From Polyangiaceae bacterium (GTDB taxonomy: Bacteria > Myxococcota_A > Polyangia > Polyangiales > Polyangiaceae): 64,000 nt of DNA. Every line of letters starts with the position of its first letter. Position 1 is the first letter of the stretch. Location of the stretch: positions 512,001 through 576,000 of the forward strand of contig CBDCTZ010000016.1 in NCBI GenBank assembly GCA_965222375.1. The letters are read 5' to 3'. Shown here piece after piece: positions 59,214-64,000 of this stretch. Below the pieces are notes generated by a model. The model searched no databases, had not been told where the DNA came from, and worked only from the letters and a program-made list of their open reading frames with translations. Both the position numbers and the translations under genes were made by a program.

Positions 59214-60638
59214 ATGTCCGGAAGCGAGCCTTCGAATGAGCAACCCACAACGCAACGACCACACGATATGCCCGGCAGCGATTCGTGGTCCAACCAACCG
59301 GACTCGAGCGACTCGGACGCTTTCTGGCGCCGGCTGCTGCACCGCTGGTTGGTGCAATACAATCCAATCTACTTGCTGAGTGCGGCGCTCGTGCTCGGCG
59401 GCATGACGCTGCTCTCGCGGGGTTTCGCCGGAAAGGGATCGCTGTACGGTGAATTGGGCGTTGCGGCGATCGCGGAGGTGTATGCCTTCGCGCTCATTGG
59501 GGGTGCCGCGCTCCTGACCCGCATTCAACTGCGACGTCCCGGCGTGATGCTGGCTCTGCTCGCAGTGTTGTACCAATGCGACTTGACGCTTCAAACCGAG
59601 ACATGCGCATATCTGGGCAGCGTCGGCGTTCTGGCCAGTGCGGGCTGGGCAATCGTGTTTGGATTGAAGCTGCGTGCGTTGGCCTGGGCGGTGCGGCTAC
59701 GCCTATCGCGCAGTGCGTTTGGCGTTCCCGTGTTTGGCGCCTTGGGGGTGGCCGTAATCCCACATCTGATGGCTCATGCAGACGCTCAGACCTCTGGCAG
59801 CGTCATCACCATCTGGGGCTTTGTGCTCGCAGTCTCCGCGCTGTGGAGTGCCCGAGAAGTGACGAGCGTCGTGAACTTGGACGCTTGGAGCCGAACGGTG
59901 ATGCGACGGGCGTTGCGCGCCACGTGGATCATCTGGGCGGTGCTCCTGCTTTTCCACGTGGGATTCTGGCAGAAGGAGGCTGCTCTAGCGTTGCCTTTGG
60001 CACTGCCGATGGCCGCGCTGCTATCGACGCGGTGGATCCGGCGTGAGGGGACAATCTGGCTCATTGTCGGCGTGACCATGTTGGTGACGGCAACGGCTGC
60101 GCCGGAATCCTTCTCGCTCTTCGCTTGTATGGTAGCCATCGTGCTTGGCCTCAGGGCGCTGCGTCAGCCAGTGGCGCAGCGGATTGCGAAGACCAAGTAC
60201 CATCACGCTGGCCCCTACCGTACGCCCGCCGATGAGGATGCTCCTCAACCCTGCCAGATTCGGCACGCCTTCACTCGAGCCGGGCCCGCTACCTTGGTGC
60301 GCTTGTTATCCGGAACTGTGTTCGCGCTGTACCTGTCGGTATGGACCATTGGCTGGTCCGGTGGAGCGTGGCCAGCGCATCTGCTGGCACTGGATGCACT
60401 GCTCACCGTCGCCGTCGCGCTGCTCGTTTGGAAAGCCGGTGCACGATTGATCTTGGTGCCCCTGGGCGTGACCTACTTCCACTTCGCGGTGCAGGCGCAG
60501 CTGGTTTCCGCGCCGACCACTGCGTTGGGGTGGGGTGCCGCATGTGTGGGCCTGGGGTTCGCCTTGCTGGCAGCGTCACTCGTCGGGAGCGTCTTGTTGC
60601 GCCGGCTCGAAGGCCGCGAGGCGACTGCTCCGCCCTGA
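59214..60638 (+). CDS. polytopic membrane protein, hypothetical
   Basis: YNPIYLLSAALVL and many TM helices. Confidence 0.75.
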   Translation: MSGSEPSNEQPTTQRPHDMPGSDSWSNQPDSSDSDAFWRRLLHRWLVQYNPIYLLSAALVLGGMTLLSRGFAGKGSLYGELGVAAIAEVYAFALIGGAALLTRIQLRRPGVMLALLAVLYQCDLTLQTETCAYLGSVGVLASAGWAIVFGLKLRALAWAVRLRLSRSAFGVPVFGALGVAVIPHLMAHADAQTSGSVITIWGFVLAVSALWSAREVTSVVNLDAWSRTVMRRALRATWIIWAVLLLFHVGFWQKEAALALPLALPMAALLSTRWIRREGTIWLIVGVTMLVTATAAPESFSLFACMVAIVLGLRALRQPVAQRIAKTKYHHAGPYRTPADEDAPQPCQIRHAFTRAGPATLVRLLSGTVFALYLSVWTIGWSGGAWPAHLLALDALLTVAVALLVWKAGARLILVPLGVTYFHFAVQAQLVSAPTTALGWGAACVGLGFALLAASLVGSVLLRRLEGREATAPP

Positions 60639-60819
60639 GCGAGAGCAGCGACTCAAGGACCCCCGGTGCGGTGATGCGAAACTCGGCTTGGATTGCTCGC
60701 CTTGCTGGCGCGCGGGAGTAGTGCCCCGTTGCGGATAGGGATCCGACCCCAAAACAACCAAGTCCAAGCGGCGAGCCAGCGGCTTGCTCGGGGCCCGATC
60801 CAACGCCAGACTCCGAGCC

Positions 60820-62106
60820 ATGCTTGTGAATGCTCAGCGGGTTGCGGCCTGTGCGTTGGCGTTCGGCCTCAGCGCCTGCGGCGACTCGGACAGTTCGTCG
60901 CCGGGCGGAAACACCGGCGGCGTATCCGGTAGCAGCGGCGCGTCGGGGAGCAGTGGCTCGTCGGGCAGCGGCGGAGCTGCCGGCGGCGGCGCTGGGGCGG
61001 CCGGCGCGAGTGGCAGCGCCGGAGCCGCTGGTGCCGGCGGGAGTGCTGGAGCAGGCGGCGCCGGCGGTGGTGCGGGCACGCCAGGTTGGACCAAGCCCGC
61101 TTGCAGCTCGGTGAAGGGGACCTGGGCGGTGAGGTTCACTTCGGACGAAGGAGCGACACTGTCTCCGGGCGACGGAGCCCTGGGCGGCGTGGCATACACG
61201 TGGGGGCTTGCTGCCCTCGATACGCCCAATGTGCTGATCGCGGAGCACGCGGGCAAAGTGCTGCGCTCCACTGACGCCGGTTGCAGCTTCAAGGAGCTCG
61301 GAGCCGCGCCCGCGTCGCCCACGCGCTTGCACGCCGGCGAGGGTGGGCGCGCCTATGGGTACTCGGTAAACGGCAATGCGCTCTACTTGGTACAGGGGGC
61401 CTTGATCAAATTGCTCAAGTCACCTGCCAACAGCTTGGTCGGGCTCACGACATCGAAGGCGGACGGCGCGTGGTTGCGCCTAGCCGACAACGGCGGCCAG
61501 TTGTGGGACTCCAAGGACGCAGGCTCGAGCTTCACCAAGGTAGGTCTGCCCGCGCCGAAGAAGTGCTTCTACACGGTCGCGTTCGATCCAAACGACATGG
61601 ACCATGCGGTTTGCGGCACGATCACCGAAGGCACCTTCGTGACCTTTGATGGCGGCAAGAGCTGGGCGGCATCCGAAGGAGATGCCAACTACGCCAACAT
61701 GTTCTCGATCAGCGTTTCACCGGCAAACGGCAACGTGGTGTGGACCGAAGGTTTTCAGCTCGGGTGGCACAACGGCCAGCAGATCGGGCCGGAGGGGCGG
61801 CGCATTTGGCGGTCAACGGACGGCGGAAAGAACTTCAGCGTCGTAGTAGAGGCCAAAAAGACCACCGCGAAACTCGTGAATGGCAACCTGTTGGCGGCCC
61901 ACCCCACGGACGAAGGCGTGCTCTATTTTACGTTTGGCACGCCACCAGTCGGAGGCCTGAGCAGCGAGTCTTTCCTCTACCACTTGGACAAGTCCGGCAG
62001 CGTGACCGAAAGGAAGACCGCAGGCATCGATAGCTTCGATGCAATCGTGTTTTCACCAGCGTCGCCGGGTTTCATCTACCTAGGCGTCTCCTCGGAGCGA
62101 CCCTGA
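60820..62106 (+). CDS. BNR/Asp-box beta-propeller lipoprotein, DAIP-like
   Basis: Lipobox LSAC; FTSDEGATL, YTWGLAALDTP, RSTDAGC, TFDGGKSW, RSTDGGKNF. Confidence 0.7.
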   Translation: MLVNAQRVAACALAFGLSACGDSDSSSPGGNTGGVSGSSGASGSSGSSGSGGAAGGGAGAAGASGSAGAAGAGGSAGAGGAGGGAGTPGWTKPACSSVKGTWAVRFTSDEGATLSPGDGALGGVAYTWGLAALDTPNVLIAEHAGKVLRSTDAGCSFKELGAAPASPTRLHAGEGGRAYGYSVNGNALYLVQGALIKLLKSPANSLVGLTTSKADGAWLRLADNGGQLWDSKDAGSSFTKVGLPAPKKCFYTVAFDPNDMDHAVCGTITEGTFVTFDGGKSWAASEGDANYANMFSISVSPANGNVVWTEGFQLGWHNGQQIGPEGRRIWRSTDGGKNFSVVVEAKKTTAKLVNGNLLAAHPTDEGVLYFTFGTPPVGGLSSESFLYHLDKSGSVTERKTAGIDSFDAIVFSPASPGFIYLGVSSERP

Positions 62107-62144
62107 CTCAACCGTCCAACGTTGCTCATTCGAGAGCGGGTTGA

Positions 62145-62723
62145 CGCCGCCAACGGGAGTGCGGCGTCGCGACCTTCGCGGTTGCCGGGTGCGGGGGAGA
62201 CGACGGTGCAGCGAGCCCTGGCAGCGGAGGGAGCGGCGGCAGTTCAGGTTCTGCGGGCGCCGCCGGCTCCGGCAATGCCGCAGGGTCCGCTGGATTGGGC
62301 GGGAATGCCGGAAGCGCCACGGGTGGGACCGGAGCGGGCGGCGCAGATGGCCAGGCGGGCGCGGGTACCTTCGTCAACTTGGACTTCCCGAGCAGCATCG
62401 TCGCCTACGGCAATCTGAACGTCGGCTACGGTATTCACGGGCCCAAGGGTGCCACCGACGAGGCGCAGTTTGCCGCTGCCAGCGATGGGAACTCATCCCT
62501 GGAAGGCAACGTCATCGCCCGGGTGCAGGGCTCAGCCAACCAGTATCCGTCCGGCAAGAACACGGCGCTCAAACAGGACTTCACCGCGCTCGGATTCGTC
62601 GACTACGCATCAGGCAATTACGAGCTGATGGCCTCGAGCCCGTACTACAAGTCAGGCTTGGGGGGCGTGACCCCGGGCGCGGACTACAAAACGGTCATGA
62701 AAATGACTGCAGGAGTGCGCTAG
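62145..62723 (+). pseudogene. start-less, internally deleted lipoprotein remnant
   Basis: In-frame TGA at 62142 precedes VATFAVAGCGGDD; Gly linker joins directly to GFVDYASGNYEL..SSPY..PGAD. Confidence 0.5.
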
Positions 62724-62733
62724 CCTTCGCTCC

Positions 62734-63216
62734 GTGCCGGCACCGCTGCCCTATCACTTCGAGATCTGCTCCGAACTCGAAGCGTCACCTGCCGAGGTGT
62801 GGCAGACAGTGACGGAACTGGACCGAGTCAACGACGAGTTGCGGCCCTGGTTGCGCATGACGTCGCCTGAGTCTGGCCTGTCCTTGAGCGACGAACGCGT
62901 CGTACTCGGCAAGCGCTTGTTCCGGAGTTGGATCTTGGCCTTCGGGCTCCTGCCGCTGGACTACGACGACGTCGTGCTCGAATCTGTCGATCCAGGGCGA
63001 AGTTTCAACGAACGTTCCAGCATGCTCACCCAGCGGGCCTGGCACCACGACAGGGAGCTCGAGCCCTGCGCGGCTGGCACTCGGATCACGGACCGACTCT
63101 CTTGGGCTCCACGCGTGCCGGGTGCGGGCGCAATCTTTAGCGTCGTGGTGCCGCGACTGTTTGGCTGGCGCCACCGCCAACTGCGACGGCGCTTCGGCGG
63201 ACGGCTCCTGGGTTGA
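62734..63216 (+). CDS. SRPBCC-like protein
   Basis: SELEASPAEVW, F.E.S....W.HDR.LEP...GTRITDRL. Confidence 0.75.
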   Translation: MPAPLPYHFEICSELEASPAEVWQTVTELDRVNDELRPWLRMTSPESGLSLSDERVVLGKRLFRSWILAFGLLPLDYDDVVLESVDPGRSFNERSSMLTQRAWHHDRELEPCAAGTRITDRLSWAPRVPGAGAIFSVVVPRLFGWRHRQLRRRFGGRLLG

Positions 63217-63222
63217 CTTACG

Positions 63223-63618
63223 TCAGTCGTTCAAGGTCTTGGTGAGCAACAACACCACGTCGTAGGTCGTGAAGATCCCCGACACTTTGGTGCCGTCCAT
63301 GATCAACACCGAGCCGTATTTGTGCTCAGTCATCTCCTGCAACACATCCAGAAGCGGCGTCTTGGAGCTGGCGGTGTAGGGGACCGCGGTCATCGCTTCT
63401 TCGACCTTGGTGTTGTCCGGGTTCACGTCATTGAGGCCCGCGACGAGGCCCAGGTCCCGATCGCTCACGACACCAACCAGGCGCCCTCCGCGCAGAACCG
63501 GCAGGTGGCGGATCTTGTGTTCCTGCATGTGATCGAGGGCAAAGGAGATGGTTTGCTCGGTGCCCACGGTGTGCACCAGCCGTGTCATGCAATCGCCTAC
63601 GGTCGTGTTTTTGTCCAC
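63223..63618 (-). CDS. CBS domain protein
   Basis: V.D.MT, M.EHKIRHLPV..GRLVGVVSDRD, GIFTTYD. Confidence 0.92.
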   Translation of the reverse strand: MDKNTTVGDCMTRLVHTVGTEQTISFALDHMQEHKIRHLPVLRGGRLVGVVSDRDLGLVAGLNDVNPDNTKVEEAMTAVPYTASSKTPLLDVLQEMTEHKYGSVLIMDGTKVSGIFTTYDVVLLLTKTLND

Positions 63619-63680
63619 GGCGCTGACGCTAGCACTTTTGCCTATGGACCGCCCGAGTTCCGCGAACGCCCAATGGCTCC

Positions 63681-64000
63681 TCAGCCCGGAGGGGCGTCGG
63701 ACGAAGCGTCGGCTACGGCATCCGCAGCAGAACCGTCGCTACTTGCGTCCCCCGCGTCTCCACCGTCCACGCCGCCATCAGTGCAGATCGGCGGTAGCGG
63801 GACACAGAGGCATTTGGGCGAACACACGATGTCCCCTGGCTTCACCGCGTCACTCGTGCACAGGAGACACGCGAAGGGGTTGGGGCAAAACCCAATCATG
63901 AAGGGCCCGCTCTGGCTGGCGATATCCGCTTCGGTCACGCACGGACCAAAGCCCGACGGATCTCCCGCGTCTCCTGCGTCCACGGCGCCATCGCTCGATG
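63681..64000 (-). CDS. partial Cys/Asp-Ala-Gly-rich exported protein, 5' end outside the window
   Basis: DAG linkers flanking a Cys-rich module. Confidence 0.55.
   Translation of the reverse strand, partial: SSDGAVDAGDAGDPSGFGPCVTEADIASQSGPFMIGFCPNPFACLLCTSDAVKPGDIVCSPKCLCVPLPPICTDGGVDGGDAGDASSDGSAADAVADASSDAPPG

Overview
High-GC bacterial window that looks like Myxococcota (most likely Polyangiaceae/Sorangiineae). This is inferred from MYXO-CTERM tails, a TIGR02266-like PilZ protein, eukaryote-like Ser/Thr kinases, a TPR-PEGA protein, Uma2, and many Gly-/Cys-rich lipoproteins. Housekeeping genes: pntA (partial), pntB, ettA, YqeY, DUF763, a TIGR03960/TIGR03936 radical SAM fusion, and transporters. 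No rRNA, tRNA or CRISPR array was seen. Two candidate undescribed systems stand out. (1) A cobalamin-binding radical SAM enzyme (19548-21809) is fused in frame to an internal lipoprotein signal, four tandem (F/M)VADP(P/L)P repeats and a small beta-domain, which suggests an enzyme carrying its own multi-core substrate. (2) A ~15 kb array (29.4-44.0 kb) holds seven lipoprotein paralogs that share a ~140-aa Cys-patterned N-terminal domain but have unrelated C-terminal modules. The array is interleaved with Ser/Thr kinases, a TPR-PEGA protein, Uma2 and nested IS remnants, and includes a recent duplication with a swapped C-terminus. Also seen: a nested palindromic operator upstream of a Fic-HTH gene, a duplicated 58-bp palindrome-bearing intergenic unit, and two Gly-linker genes broken by out-of-place 3' fragments. 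Family assignments come from motif recognition by eye, not database searches. Several start codons are refined guesses.
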